A stretch of 63,932 nucleotides of DNA, the filler included, from Octopus bimaculoides (taxonomy: Eukaryota): assembly GCF_001194135.2 (NCBI RefSeq). It is 6 parts of 6 records of this genome, joined end to end, with 100 filler letters (N's around TTAATTAATTAA, not from the genome) between each part and the next. Parts side by side here need not be neighbours in the genome. Positions count along the whole stretch, not along the records: positions 1 to 8,646 come from NC_068983.1; positions 8,747 to 27,479 come from NC_069004.1; 4 more parts are not named here. One strand, 5' to 3'. This document shows positions 1-13,275 of the stretch, piece by piece. Made by a program: the position numbers and the translations under genes. The notes under the pieces were generated by a model. The model was given only the letters and a program-made list of their open reading frames with translations. It was not told where the DNA came from and ran no database searches. Every line of letters begins with the position of its first letter. Positions within the stretch are counted from its first letter, which is position 1.

Positions 1-27
<27 letters not shown>
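1..27. repeat. (TA)n microsatellite
   Basis: Direct repeat at window start; one of dozens of TA/CA/CATA/GATA/ATT microsatellites, not all listed. Confidence 0.95.
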
Positions 28-32
<5 letters not shown>

Positions 33-399
33 ATTAGAAGTTTTTCAATTTGGCTTCATTTTCCAGTGTAACAGTAAAAGGTGGTAGCAACAAGCACGGT
101 TGTAGAAGATATGCCCTCAAGAAAAATGATAAAAATTTTGAAAACACTTTTTGACAAAAGACAAAAAAACAACGACAAAAGAAAATGAATGCAATTAGAC
201 AAGTAGATCTTTTAATAAATGAAAAAAATAACGATATTTCTGATACGGTATTGGTAGAGCAGTAGCAGCACTTCTGTTAGCATTACTATTGAGAGAGATT
301 ATGGCTATAGGTCGATTCCAGGATAAACAAAAAGATATGAGAGAAGCATACTACGAAAGATAATGTATTCCTCTCGGAGGAACACCGGGAACATGTAAG

Positions 400-900
400 G
401 AGGAAAATAACATACCTTAGGCTATCTGCTTAAAACAGATAGGACTTTCACGTGACTACCAAGTCAACAGTTAAAAGCTACTCTATACTTTGTGTGACAT
501 GATGTATGTCACAGGCCGAGGAAGTGGTGGTGTGGCAACCATAGTTGATGCACTACATATCTGGTCAAAGGCGGAACAGAACGGAAGGTAGAAAAATTAG
601 GGAGCTTGTAACAAAGCTAAAAGAGGCACAGTAGAAGGACCCTAACTACTCCTAGTCTGGTAAGATATTCAGTCCTTGGAATTGACCACGGAGGGAGTCA
701 TGGATTATCTGAGGTATCGGAAGAAGGATGGGCGAGCGATGTACTGGTTGAAGTGATGGAGTTAGATTCGATGGAATACTTGAACGAGAGACTAATGGCA
801 AAAACCAAGCGAGCAGTCTATCAAGAACTATGCGTTAACTTCCGAGAACTTAACCCTACACTGAGAATGCTGATGGGCAGGTTACAATATCAAGAACAAT
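400..900 (+). pseudogene. Possible highly decayed LTR-retrotransposon pol fragment (RNase H-integrase linker)
   Basis: Frame-shifted peptides MYVTGRGSGGVATIVDAL, KLKEAQ*KDP and DYLRYRKKDGR loosely resemble Y.PG..N.VADALS / AQ..DP / LLYR motifs; many stops. Confidence 0.25.
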
Positions 901-2616
901 AATCAGGAACATAAGGCAGTCTCAATCAGCATAGGTGTCTGCTTCTCGCTAGTATGTGAGTGAATTACTCTTATTTATATTCATATATATAATGGGAGAG
1001 AAGGAGAGACAGACGTGCGTAAGTATAGTGTAACTTATGTGTTTACCAATTTTCATGTATGACGTGCTGTGTAACAATTTTGCCCCACTCCTATTTTATA
1101 TGTATATAAGTGTGCCTATATTCATGTATCCTGTAACCCTATAGTAACAAATTTTGTATAAATGAATGAGCGCTATTGGCAAAAATATTTTGTGATATTT
1201 ATTGAGTGTGAAGGAAAGCTGGGTAGAGTGAGGTTAACAGTGAACTTTAGAATATTCAATTGTCAATCTTGTTTGCCCAGGAGCAAAAATAATGATTTGC
1301 TCTTGATTTATATTTTATATTTGTAAAATTTGTACAAATTTTTTTTTCACTTATTCAACATAACTGCTTTGTCTGAATTTGCAGTAAGAGATGCTAACCA
1401 TAAGTGTGGTAATATCGATTACGTCCTCAAAATTGTCTAAAATATTTTTTAAAACAAAAACACTGATATAATAAGAAAAAACAAACAAAAAATGCGAAAA
1501 CAACAGATTCGCAAACATTGCGAACCATAAGGAGATGAAAGATCTAGTTAGTTACTGAAAAGAAAAAAAAATGGAAGAACAATGTCAAACAAGACTGTGT
1601 CTCTTTACCCAATCATTTCATCTAAGAAAGGGAAAAGTAACGTAAATCTGGTTTTCCAAAAACGAAAGGGGATTCCAAATGTCCACAAAAGAACAGCTGG
1701 ATAATACTCTGACCGATGTGTGTAGTGATATGTGTTCTATGTATTTATCTAGTCATTCAGGTCGAGAACGAAGCGAAACGACAAGCGGAGTTGGTGCGTC
1801 ACTCACCTGCCCACTGTCTGTTTCGCAAAATAAGGTAAAATCCAAGGACATTGGACGTAGATAATGAGGTTGTCACTTGTCTCGTCATATGCAGCACATT
1901 AAGGAAAGGTAATGAGCGAATAGGTGACACGAAATATTATGTGGTCGGATAGAGGTCGATATAGGCACGCAAGTCCTGAATACCTTATTTCCTTAAATAC
2001 CATAAAACTATTCTGGAGCTGTACTATATAGTCGGAGTAGAAAGGAAAGCAATTAAACTGGTGATGCAGAGTCCAAAGCTCTTCTATAGTTGTAGTAGTA
2101 AGACACACTTGAGTCCCCCACCTTCCCTTTTGAGCTGGAAAAGTGGAGAAGAAAAAGCAATGTACAGTGGGAGAGGTAGCCCAGCTTAGTGAGAAGTATC
2201 ATCTGGTAAGAGATTACCATCTTACCTTAGAAAGTCATGAGAATCGAAGTTCTTTGAATAACCACTGAGGAGTTGATGAGTCGTCTGAACTATTTGTAGG
2301 GAGTTGGATGGAGCGATATACTGATTGATGCTGATTGATGAGAAAAGGAGCTTGATCTTTTGAAACACTTAAATAACAGATCGCTGGAGAAGGCAACGAG
2401 CAGTTTATCGAGAATTATATATGAACATGAAGATATGCAAACGCGGCAAAATTTAAGCCTATTCGAAAATTGAGAATTATCACAGGACCAGAAAATGATC
2501 GAGATTGTGAGGTGTCGGCTATCTACAAATGTGTGAGTGGGTTGCTCTACTTTCATTTAGCAAATATGTATGTGTCCATACACACACACACACACACACA
2601 CATATATCAACGATAA

Positions 2617-2652
<36 letters not shown>

Positions 2653-3035
2653 CGTGAGAGAGTTAGGGGTTGGGGGTTCAACCCACTAAGGGATAGTATC
2701 TATCCAGTATACTGCTGGGAGGGTACCCAATTATTGCTACACTAGTGCTATACTAGGTGCAATCAGTGGGAGCGGGTAAAAGAGGAGGTTTTACCCAAAA
2801 TTTGTATGACAATTAGAAAATGGAGGATAATATGCTGAACCCAACTACTTGCAGACGGTGTATCCCGTTGAATTCATTAATTTAATTCATAGCAAAAGTG
2901 ACAAAAGAAGAAAGAAAAAGAAAGAAAGAACCAAAGCACAGGTGTTCATGGCAGACTATGTTATTCTGCCAACCTGGTTTACATATAGAAGTACAAAGTA
3001 CATAAGGAATTAGAGGATGAACAGAAGTTTAATCA

Positions 3036-3158
3036 TACAGCTGTTTCGGCCTAGTTTTAGCAAGCCCCATTCTATCCGAATATTCCTTTTGGGAGTGATT
3101 ATCGGATGACATTTTGAAATGGGGTTACATGCCCGAACCGCTAGGCCTCTTGTTTTTA
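3036..3158 (-). ncRNA. Decayed minimal hammerhead-ribozyme-like motif with long stem II
   Basis: Minus strand: AAGA-GGCCTAG...CTAGGCC-GAAA-CAGCTG-TA with nested CCCCATT/AATGGGG and ATCCGA/TCGGAT stems; first core box reads AACAAGA instead of CTGAAGA, next to a gap. Confidence 0.45.
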
Positions 3159-4153
3159 NNNNNNNNNNNNNNNNNNNNNNNNNNNNNNNNNNNNNNNNNN
3201 NNNNNNNNNNNNNNNNNNNNNNNNNNNNNNNNNNNNNNNNNNNNNNNNNNNNNNNNNNNNNNNNNNNNNNNNNNNNNNNNNNNNNNNNNNNNNNNNNNNN
3301 NNNNNNNNNNNNNNNNNNNNNNNNNNNNNNNNNNNNNNNNNNNNNNNNNNNNNNNNNNNNNNNNNNNNNNNNNNNNNNNNNNNNNNNNNNNNNNNNNNNN
3401 NNNNNNNNNNNNNNNNNNNNNNNNNNNNNNNNNNNNNNNNNNNNNNNNNNNNNNNNNNNNNNNNNNNNNNNNNNNNNNNNNNNNNNNNNNNNNNNNNNNN
3501 NNNNNNNNNNNNNNNNNNNNNNNNNNNNNNNNNNNNNNNNNNNNNNNNNNNNNNNNNNNNNNNNNNNNNNNNNNNNNNNNNNNNNNNNNNNNNNNNNNNN
3601 NNNNNNNNNNNNNNNNNNNNNNNNNNNNNNNNNNNNNNNNNNNNNNNNNNNNNNNNNNNNNNNNNNNNNNNNNNNNNNNNNNNNNNNNNNNNNNNNNNNN
3701 NNNNNNNNNNNNNNNNNNNNNNNNNNNNNNNNNNNNNNNNNNNNNNNNNNNNNNNNNNNNNNNNNNNNNNNNNNNNNNNNNNNNNNNNNNNNNNNNNNNN
3801 NNNNNNNNNNNNNNNNNNNNNNNNNNNNNNNNNNNNNNNNNNNNNNNNNNNNNNNNNNNNNNNNNNNNNNNNNNNNNNNNNNNNNNNNNNNNNNNNNNNN
3901 NNNNNNNNNNNNNNNNNNNNNNNNNNNNNNNNNNNNNNNNNNNNNNNNNNNNNNNNNNNNNNNNNNNNNNNNNNNNNNNNNNNNNNNNNNNNNNNNNNNN
4001 NNNNNNNNNNNNNNNNNNNNNNNNNNNNNNNNNNNNNNNNNNNNNNNNNNNNNNNNNNNNNNNNNNNNNNNNNNNNNNNNNNNNNNNNNNNNNNNNNNNN
4101 NNNNNNNNNNNNNNNNNNNNNNNNNNNNNNNNNNNNNNNNNNNNNNNNNNNNN
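3159..4153. other. Assembly gap (N run)
   Basis: N bases; other large gaps at about 12193-12737, 16994-17620, 28620-29214, 30100-30822, 34473-34825, 39773-40101. Confidence 1.
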
Positions 4154-4197
4154 AAAACGTTTAGTCGTTTTCAAATTTTGTTATAGATTTATTCAAA

Positions 4198-4237
4198 TAC
4201 CAAACCGGTTTCGACAATTTTTTCATTATCAATGGTA
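4198..4237 (-). ncRNA. Decayed minimal hammerhead-like motif
   Basis: Minus: TACCA-TTGATAA-T-GAAAA-AA-TTGTC-GAAA-CCGG-TT-TGGTA; perfect 5-bp stem I, palindromic ACCGGT stem III, two transitions in the CTGATGA core; AATAAA follows. Confidence 0.4.
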
Positions 4238-4499
4238 AAGAATGAATAAATGAGACGTTTATGAGAGTTTAAAGTTACAAGGAAAACTTCGGAAAAACTT
4301 GTTTAAACGATCAAGTGTTCAGATGTTCACAGGAATTTCAATGAGTTTCACAGAGATAGACATTAATATAAATTCGACGAACATCATAACAAATATACGT
4401 AACTAAAAGTTCAGTGTTGTTGAGTTTTTATTTTTTTTTTTTAAATGAGGAAGAGAAAAAGATGGAGAAAAAGAGAAAAGGAGTTCTTTTATAATTTCC

Positions 4500-5400
4500 G
4501 TCGTAGTACATGAGACTCTTCCTCGTTGGTCACTGGTTAGAGTTTGAAACGCTTTAAGTTTAATATTCTTAGACATTTATCACTTCCATCTTACCTAAGT
4601 CCCGAAACCCGCACTTCTAACCTTACTGCTCCTTTTCCAGCCTCAACCGTATCCTACACTGTTGATTTCAAGCAACAACTATTGATTTTGAAAGATGTTT
4701 CATGGCTATTTATTTGGAACACTGCCCACTAACTATTGCTTTTGATTTTTATGATCACCTATTGACTATAAACATCACTTATTGATCATTGACTCATATA
4801 TTACTCTTAAGTTATTGATCCTTTATCGTATTTTATTCTGTTTCTTTACTCCACTTTTCCATGCCTTATCAGTGAACTTTGTGATCCGTATTCAAGCACT
4901 TTTTTACCTGCTTCACACAAGCCACCTCTTAACCTTGTGTTGTATCCAAGCGTCATGTTATTTTTTGTAATAACTGAGTACCCAGCAACCATTTCTACTG
5001 ATATAATTTTCGTCCTTTCCTCTATACTCGCAATAAAGTAACCACAGTCAATCAATGCCATTACAACCTCTTTACTATTGTTATCGGTTTTTGTTATACG
5101 GTCAAGACTTGGCCTTTAGATCATATCTTGCATTATTTTCTGAGCCACACTTTGACTCTTCTCCACACCTATCCATACTTATCAACTTATGAATGGGGTT
5201 CCCTTTTCTTACTCTTCACGTTGCTTTCTATTTTTTCCTTTTTTCTCTATCCCTTAGTCCCTTTAACGAAGTATTCTACCGCTCTTCTTCTATTGTCGTC
5301 TTCAACATTTCTTTTCTTCGTACACTTTCCTTCCATTGCTTTCTCTAATTCAACTGTCTCCTCTCCTCTCTTCAAAAGTCTTATTAGTATAACGTTTGAA
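4500..5400 (-). mobile_element. Probable Penelope-like retroelement RT remnant
   Basis: Minus peptides RITKTDNNSKEVVM (cf. I.KADKG..VV.M), YSVITKNN and AIVSGQCS (cf. RPIVS..GS); hammerhead-like motif at its 5' end; many stops. Confidence 0.4.
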
Positions 5401-5414
5401 AAGAAGGGAAAGAA

Positions 5415-5462
5415 CCTCTGACGTTTTGATGTTTTGGACGTCAATCCCTCATCAGAAAGAGG
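5415..5462 (-). ncRNA. Decayed hammerhead-like motif at 5' end of the Penelope-like remnant
   Basis: Minus: CCTCTTT-CTGATGA-GGGA..TCC-AAAACATC-AAAACGTC-AGAGG; intact first box, GAAA box mutated and duplicated. Confidence 0.35.
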
Positions 5463-5559
5463 AAAGGGAAGAAAGGAGAAATAGGAGGAAATGTTAAAAA
5501 AGAAGGAAGGAACAATACCTTATCACACATACACACATATATTTACATGCATAAACACG

Positions 5560-5658
5560 CGTATACACATAAATAATGCACGCACACACACGCACACACA
5601 CGCACACACACGCAAACATACATACATACATACATACATACATACATACATACATACA

Positions 5659-5690
<32 letters not shown>
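5560..5690. repeat. (CA)n/(CATA)n microsatellite
   Basis: Direct observation. Confidence 0.95.
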
Positions 5691-5691
<1 letters not shown>

Positions 5692-6919
5692 GCCATGCTT
5701 ATTTCCAAATTAATATTTTAAAATATGCCTTTCAGAAGTTTCAATTATTTCTTTGTGCATCTTAACTTTCCCCACTGATCCTTTTTTTTTCTTTTTGGCT
5801 TAACCTTATTTACTATTCCTTTACCATACCAGCGTCTGCACCTGAATATTAATGTATTAATGTAATTATTTCATTGTCTTCATCATTAATTATCTCATCT
5901 AATATTATATTATCCTATCTGATGAAACTTTCTTTAATTTGTAACATAATGTCTTCTTTAGCATTTATTATCTACTATTTATGGCTTCACCAAATTAATT
6001 ATTGCTATCGATCTGGTATAATATTTTATTATTTTCGGTAGTTATTTTGTCACTCGGTTAGTAGACTCTATCAGTTCCGTTTCTTCGATATTATCCGCCG
6101 GCTCCATTATTATTTTGCAAACTGAATACTTTAACTTTTTTTTTATTTTCCTTTTGCTAATAAATTTGTATTTTATTTCTTCGATCTTCCCATTATGTGT
6201 TAATATTTATATCCCCTACAGTTAGGAATCAATATTAAGTACATTCTATGAAGAAATCCTGTATATCTCTATAAGGAGTACGTTACTCCATTCGGTTACA
6301 GTTAGATGGAATGAATATTACAATTTTAGTGCACACTTCATACATATAAACCCCCTTTCTCTATTTATGTTGTTACTAATGTTGACTTAGCGTAGTCTTA
6401 GCGTTGTCTAAACAAAATATAACGACGTTTCAGACTCCAATATCTGACCGGTGTTACAAGCTGTGCTCAAATATACAGTAAATCATTTTAAAGATTTAGC
6501 ACCTAAACCAACATGCGTACCCAGACGCAAGTTTTGCTATATTGTGAAGTTGAACAACGATCACAAGCAATCTCTCTCTCTCTCTCTCTCGCTCTCTCTT
6601 TCTCTCTCTCTGTATATATAAATATATATATATATATATCTTACTCTCTCCCCCCTCCTCTCCTCTTTTTCCCTCTCGCTCTTTCTGTTTTTTGTTGTAC
6701 TAACTTGTGTATTAACAATATTTGAAGTTCAAGTTTGCCTTTTGGTTTTTCATAACTAGAAGAATCTCAAGAAGTGGAATAACATATGATAACGCGCTGA
6801 ATTAAGTGCCTTCTCTCGTCTAATCACATTCTTTTATATTCGAAAGTAAAGACTTTTCGTGCTTGATTTAACCGGTCGTCCCTATGAACGCATAAGTTGA
6901 TCCTAGACAAGTACTTTAA

Positions 6920-7530
6920 TAGATCTTGCCATTTGGCAAAATCATTGACTTACGTTAATTGCACTAGTTCTTTATTTTCTGAGTTCAAATGCCACCAAGG
7001 TCAGCTTTGCATTTTATCCCTCTAAGGTTCATAAAATGTAGTACCAGACAAGTACTGCTATCGATTTAATCGACTAACCCCGAACCTCAAATTTTCTTAC
7101 CTCTCTGCCTATATCGATTTAGAATTTTGGCACAGAGTCATAACTTTCAAGGGAGGGGCTAAGTTAATCACAACGATCCTAGTGATCGACTGGTACCTAT
7201 TTTATCAACACCGAAAGGCAATGTCAACCTCGACGCGAAATTTTAACTCCGAACGTTAAAGAGAGGGCGAACGCTGCTAAGCAATTTACCCGGCGGGCTA
7301 ATTATTCTGCCACTTCACCGCCTTCCTTTCTGCTTATATTTGAAATGCCTATAAGAGTGGTGGATTGCCAGAATTGTCAGAACATTGAATAAAATACCTT
7401 GCGATATTTCTCCCGGCTCTTTACCTTCGAAGTCCAAATCCCACCGACACCAGCTTTGCCTTTCAATCTTTCGCTATCGATAAAATAAAATATCAAACAA
7501 GCACTGGGGTCGATGGTACTGACTTACCCT
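6920..7530. mobile_element. Cluster of three old tRNA-derived SINEs (family M; +, -, +)
   Basis: Degenerate matches to GAGTTCAAATTCC...CTTTGCCTTTCATCC...GTCGATAAAAT.AGTACCAG seen intact at 13875 and 43662. Confidence 0.7.
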
Positions 7531-7574
7531 TTTCCCTTAAAACAGCCGGCATAAATTGGTATGCCTTAATCAGA

Positions 7575-7605
<31 letters not shown>

Positions 7606-7633
7606 NNNNNNNNNNNNNNNNNNNNNNNNNNTA

Positions 7634-7665
7634 TATATTGGGTTGGCAACTAACTTCCGCGGTTT
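7634..7665 (+). mobile_element. Mariner-type terminal inverted repeat fragment
   Basis: TATTGGGTTGGCAACTAA next to a TA run. Confidence 0.4.
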
Positions 7666-7699
7666 TTTAAAAGGTTTAATAAAAAATAACAACTAATTA

Positions 7700-8545
7700 T
7701 TATGCATTTACACTCATATCTTTCGCGACATATTGCAGCATGTCTTCATCACTATTTATCAAATACTCAGCAAGCGTTCTCCTTTCACTCCTTATACAAT
7801 GGTCTATACTAATAAGTCCTCTGCCACCATTCTGTCTTTTAATATACAGTCTGTTTACGTTTGCTTTAGGGTGTAGCATCCCATTCAGCGTTATCAACTT
7901 TCTCATCCTTCTATCCAGTGTTGATATTTCCTCCTTAGTCCATTAGAGAATGGACACACTATATCTGACCACCGCAACTGCCCAGATATTCATTGCGATA
8001 AACAAATTTTTGGCATTCAGGTTGGATTTCAACACCATCTTTCACTCCTTTTTGATACGCCTCGCTGGCCTTGACTTTCATTTCTCTGTATAGAATGTCA
8101 TCTATCTCCAAAATCCCTAAATATCTATACCCACTACCGTCGGATTCACCCATGGTCTCTCCTGATGGTAACCGCAACCCTCTGCAGGCTTCTGTCTTCC
8201 TTCTTTTCATATTAAGTACTGAGCATTGGTAATCTCTAATTCCATACCGATGTCCCTACCACACTTCTGGACTGTTTTGGTTAAGGAATCTATGTTTTTT
8301 TTTCAGATTTCCCAAACAATTTCAGGTCATCCATAAACAGAAGATGGTTCAATGATGGGCCTTTCTTCCCACATCGGTAACCCATCTTAACTTTCCTAAG
8401 TGCCATTGTTATGGATATTAGTGCAATTTCAAAATGTAACGGAGAAAATGAGTCACCTTGGAAGATTTTCCTTTTAATATTAACTTCTCCAAGGAATACA
8501 TTACTTGAGTACAATTTGGTTTTCCACTCTTTCATGCTATGCATC
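7700..8545 (-). mobile_element. R4/Dong-like (RLE non-LTR) retrotransposon RT fragment
   Basis: FQGDSFSPL, NHLLFMDDLKLF, YRYLGILE and LHPKANVNRLYIKRQNGGRGL, with frameshifts. Confidence 0.9.
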
Positions 8546-8556
8546 AGAAAACACAA

Positions 8557-8612
<56 letters not shown>

Positions 8613-8646
8613 CATCATCATCATCATCACCACCACCACCACCACA
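8546..8646. repeat. (ATT)n/(ATC)n/(ACC)n microsatellite
   Basis: Direct observation; abuts the R4/Dong fragment. Confidence 0.95.
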
Positions 8647-8746
8647 NNNNNNNNNNNNNNNNNNNNNNNNNNNNNNNNNNNNNNNNNNNNTTAATTAATT
8701 AANNNNNNNNNNNNNNNNNNNNNNNNNNNNNNNNNNNNNNNNNNNN
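8647..8746. other. Artificial scaffold-join spacer N44-TTAATTAATTAA-N44
   Basis: Exactly 100 nt, repeated five times in the window; the 12-mer gives stops in all six frames. Confidence 0.9.
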
Positions 8747-8796
<50 letters not shown>

Positions 8797-10998
8797 CCGA
8801 TATATAATATATGTTTGTGTATGTATTTATATCTATACACACATAATATTATATAAGTATCTGCGTATATATAAATGTATTATATGTATATCTGTATGTA
8901 CATATGTATTGTGAGTCGTTCACGTTTTCCATAGAAAGAATAGTGTTGTCTAAATAAACATCTGTTTTTAATTTTTTACTTTGAAAAGTAAAGACAAAAT
9001 TAATCTTTATTTTATGTTTCTAAAGAATTCAAGATATCCTTTTGTTTTCTATAGCTTTTCGAATTAATCATCTTTTTTTAGTACAGTCGTGGGAATTTTA
9101 CTTATAACAGATAACCCTATTTGTATCTATATGTTCAATTGAAAAATTTGTTCTTCATACTGAAAGATGTCTATACGTATGAAAATCAGATAAAGGAAAA
9201 TGTTAGAGGTTAAACTGGATAAGGTTACCAAGAATATTTACATTTCTCCTTCTGAATACCAAGAAACTGTTTGTTTGTTTATATTTTATCTCCCTATTGC
9301 ACACACAAAGATGGGCTGACTCCTAGAAACATGCAAGATAAACAATTCCACAAGTAAAGAATAAGGAATTTGAAATATATTTTAAAAAGATGTTAGAAAA
9401 GGAATATTTGAAGAGTAAAAAAGTTCGTAATTTATCCACGGACAATGAGAACAGGGTTGCTAATTTATTACAGCGTTGCCTTTGACAAAAGCATCTTCAG
9501 CAGAATCAGTATTCAAAGAGAACGGTGCTAACACAAGAATAAAGTGAAACTGAAAGTCAATCTGGTTTAATCTACCATGCAAATTCATTGTTTTCAGGAA
9601 TTCTCTAGTTTTTGCAGGATCGCAGTTCTTACTTTAACACAGATACATTCACTTTTTCAAATTTCTTTAATTTAAGCTTTGTTATTCCTGCCTACCAGCA
9701 ACCAGCGCTTTGCATATTGTACACCACAACTAAAACGCACACATTCGCAGACTTCACAGAAATAGCTAACACGCAACTGTTACAATCCTGCTACCTGCTC
9801 ACACACTGGAACCTCGCATTCCAGCAAAGGGATATATTAAATAGCTATAACTTATAGACGACGTTAAAACGAATTGCACGGGACTAACTGCCGTGGGATT
9901 TCAAAAACTGTTACTACCAGTGTTTACTCTAAGATCAACGGTTACAGAAAATTCCATAGCATTATCTCAATCTATCTGAAAACGTAGAAACCAAATAATG
10001 ACATAACCTCCAATAACATGGAGGGCGTACAAAAACTGAAATCATTCGTGAAATGAAATCGAAACTGCAAGGCTTGGTCTAAGTGAGAAGGTTCAGATGT
10101 TAAAAATAATCAACAACATTACTTAATCAAAAATAAGGGGTGTTCTCAAATGGCAGTCATCGTATGAGTGGCATATCGAACAATGTTCGGATATTTGACA
10201 GTCCACGAGGTATTGACGAAGTAACAGAAATAATAATTACTCATTAATACCTGAAATGGGTTGTCTTCCCCTTACACCACACCAAAGCATGAAGTGCTTT
10301 ATATACATACATACATACATACATATATGAGTGTGTGTGTGTGTGTGTGTGTGTGTTATATATTCCATATTATGTGTGTGTGTGTGTGTTATATATTCCA
10401 TATTATGTGTGTGTGTGTGTGTATGTGTGTGTGTGTGCGTGCATGTATGTATGTATATATAAAATTTTCAGGATTTGAGAGAATCAGTTGTTTAAACAGT
10501 GAAAGCACCACGGTAGGATCGGTGATAGCGCGATTATGTACAAACAATGTATACTCTCTGAGACCGGAATTAGGTCGGCCCAGTTATCTGGCACTATGCT
10601 CTTTTCCTCGAGCCGTTCTAACTGTTAATTCTTACCTGTACTCACCTTATAAAAACCTTTTTTTTTTTTTGCAAGATGTAACACTTCTGTTCATGAAAAA
10701 AACACACGTGTGAAACAGCTGTAGCGAACCACAACCCATCTGCTGTTATATATGTATATATATATATATATATAAGAACAACAGATGGATTGTGGTGTGT
10801 GTGTGTATGTATATATATATATATATATAATCACATACGTTTATCTTTAAGAATTAGCCTTCCTAGACTGTTATTCACACGGTTTCATTCATCAAATATT
10901 ATGTGGCTCAGTACGCACGTACGTAACATGCGTGTGGTGTATCATGCACTGATTTCCAGTATTTTTGCATGTGTGTGTGTGTTTGTTAGTTTGTGGTC

Positions 10999-11043
<45 letters not shown>

Positions 11044-11148
11044 ATGTGGAGGGAAGGAATGGTTATGTTTGTGTTTATGCATGTATAGATGAATGCATAT
11101 ACCAATGTATGTATATATCGCCCGTTCCGATACCGGTGAGACCGACGC

Positions 11149-11190
<42 letters not shown>

Positions 11191-12003
11191 AATTGTTTTT
11201 GAGCGGTAGGAAGTTGACAGCCGCAGGGTGTGTTTAACGGTTGGAAATACATAGACATATTTACATTTTCAGTTTCATTTGGGAATATATAAAGTGTAAT
11301 ACACACACGTATGTACACTTCTCTCTCCTTCTCTCTCTCTTTCTTTCTCTCTCTTTCTCTATATATAAATATATGTATATCTATATCTGTCAATCTATCT
11401 ATCTATCTGCCTTTCTATCTCTCCATCTCTCTCTCTCTCTCTTTGTATATATACATGCACACACACACACACATATATATGTATATATATATGGGTGTGT
11501 ATATATATATATATGTATATATATGTATTTATATATATATATGCATGCATGCATGTATGTGCACACATACACACATATACAGGTACACATATATACACAT
11601 ACATATATGCGTGCGCGTATGCGTGTTTGAATGCTTGTGTGTTTGTGTGTCTGTGCATGCCTATAAGAGTACATTTGACTTATTGTACGAATGCATGTAG
11701 AAATGTAATCAAAGAAACATCTACACAGTGGACCATTTACCATTGATATTCATTCTGGATATTAAAGATTGTGAGATGTGGATAGTTTGGGACCAGGAGT
11801 TTGATAGAATACGGAAGATGTATAAGGTTTAAAGGACGGGATTCCAGATAGCATGGAACCAACCAGCTCCGAGGAGTGACAGCTTCTTTCCTGCCAGGTA
11901 AAATGTCGGAGTGATCAAAGGGCACAAATGTTAGTTAAATATTACTGATCTTTCACATGTAAATACGTCCATAGTCTTTTGGGAAAAGCAATGATCTAGA
12001 ACA

Positions 12004-12190
12004 GTGCTTCTCAAACCATCTGATGTGGCGTACCGGCAGTTGTTTCTTTTTTTCCAATGTGCCACGGGGCCGGTAATATTTCTTAGTTATATTAATTTAT
12101 ACCGGAAACAATATATACATAAAGAATATAATAAAAGTTGACAATTTTTTCTTTAATCTTGAAAGTAGACCGTCGTATATATATATATAT
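12004..12190 (+). mobile_element. hAT-type non-autonomous DNA transposon end
   Basis: Starts CAGTGCTTCTCAAAC, a Charlie/MER-like hAT terminus; other end lost in a gap. Confidence 0.5.
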
Positions 12191-12754
12191 ATNNNNNNNN
12201 NNNNNNNNNNNNNNNNNNNNNNNNNNNNNNNNNNNNNNNNNNNNNNNNNNNNNNNNNNNNNNNNNNNNNNNNNNNNNNNNNNNNNNNNNNNNNNNNNNNN
12301 NNNNNNNNNNNNNNNNNNNNNNNNNNNNNNNNNNNNNNNNNNNNNNNNNNNNNNNNNNNNNNNNNNNNNNNNNNNNNNNNNNNNNNNNNNNNNNNNNNNN
12401 NNNNNNNNNNNNNNNNNNNNNNNNNNNNNNNNNNNNNNNNNNNNNNNNNNNNNNNNNNNNNNNNNNNNNNNNNNNNNNNNNNNNNNNNNNNNNNNNNNNN
12501 NNNNNNNNNNNNNNNNNNNNNNNNNNNNNNNNNNNNNNNNNNNNNNNNNNNNNNNNNNNNNNNNNNNNNNNNNNNNNNNNNNNNNNNNNNNNNNNNNNNN
12601 NNNNNNNNNNNNNNNNNNNNNNNNNNNNNNNNNNNNNNNNNNNNNNNNNNNNNNNNNNNNNNNNNNNNNNNNNNNNNNNNNNNNNNNNNNNNNNNNNNNN
12701 NNNNNNNNNNNNNNNNNNNNNNNNNNNNNNNNNNNNCATAACTGAGCTTAGTTT

Positions 12755-12930
12755 AACTTTTATCTTTTACTACTTTCGGTCATTGAACTGCGGCCATGCT
12801 GCTGCTGCCTCGAAGGGTTTTAGCTGCAAAATCACCTCCAATACTTGCTTTTTAAATGTGATACTTTTTCTACCGGACACTTTTGCTGAACTGCTAGATT
12901 ACGGGGATGTAGATAATACAACACCTTAAA
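12755..12930 (-). mobile_element. SINE family O, 3' half, decayed
   Basis: CTGCGGCCATGCTG and TTACGGGGATGTA match the reverse complement of the copy at 15261. Confidence 0.7.
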
Positions 12931-13122
12931 GCATTAAGGGACAAACAGACACAAACCTACATACATATACACATCTATCTAGCTAGCTAGCTAACTAGTA
13001 CTGTTCTTTCCATTTATGTGCATACCCTCGTGTGTGTGTGCTTGTTGTACATGTGTGTGTGTGTGTGCCCCAGCATGACTAACTTTAAAGCTGAAACAAT
13101 TTAAAGAATATCGATCCATCTA

Positions 13123-13192
<70 letters not shown>

Positions 13193-13231
13193 TTTATATC
13201 TTTTCAGCTTAGAGCTGCGGCCATGCTGATG

Positions 13232-13275
<44 letters not shown>

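Noticed and set aside
3114-4238. Long ORFs in the track spanning N runs (also at 12.1, 16.9, 28.5, 30.0, 34.4 and 39.6 kb)
   Set aside because: They are open only because N codons are not stops.
10690-10726. GAAA-CAGCTG-TA on the + strand
   Set aside because: First box degenerate (TTCATGA) and no stem I; at most a dead relic.
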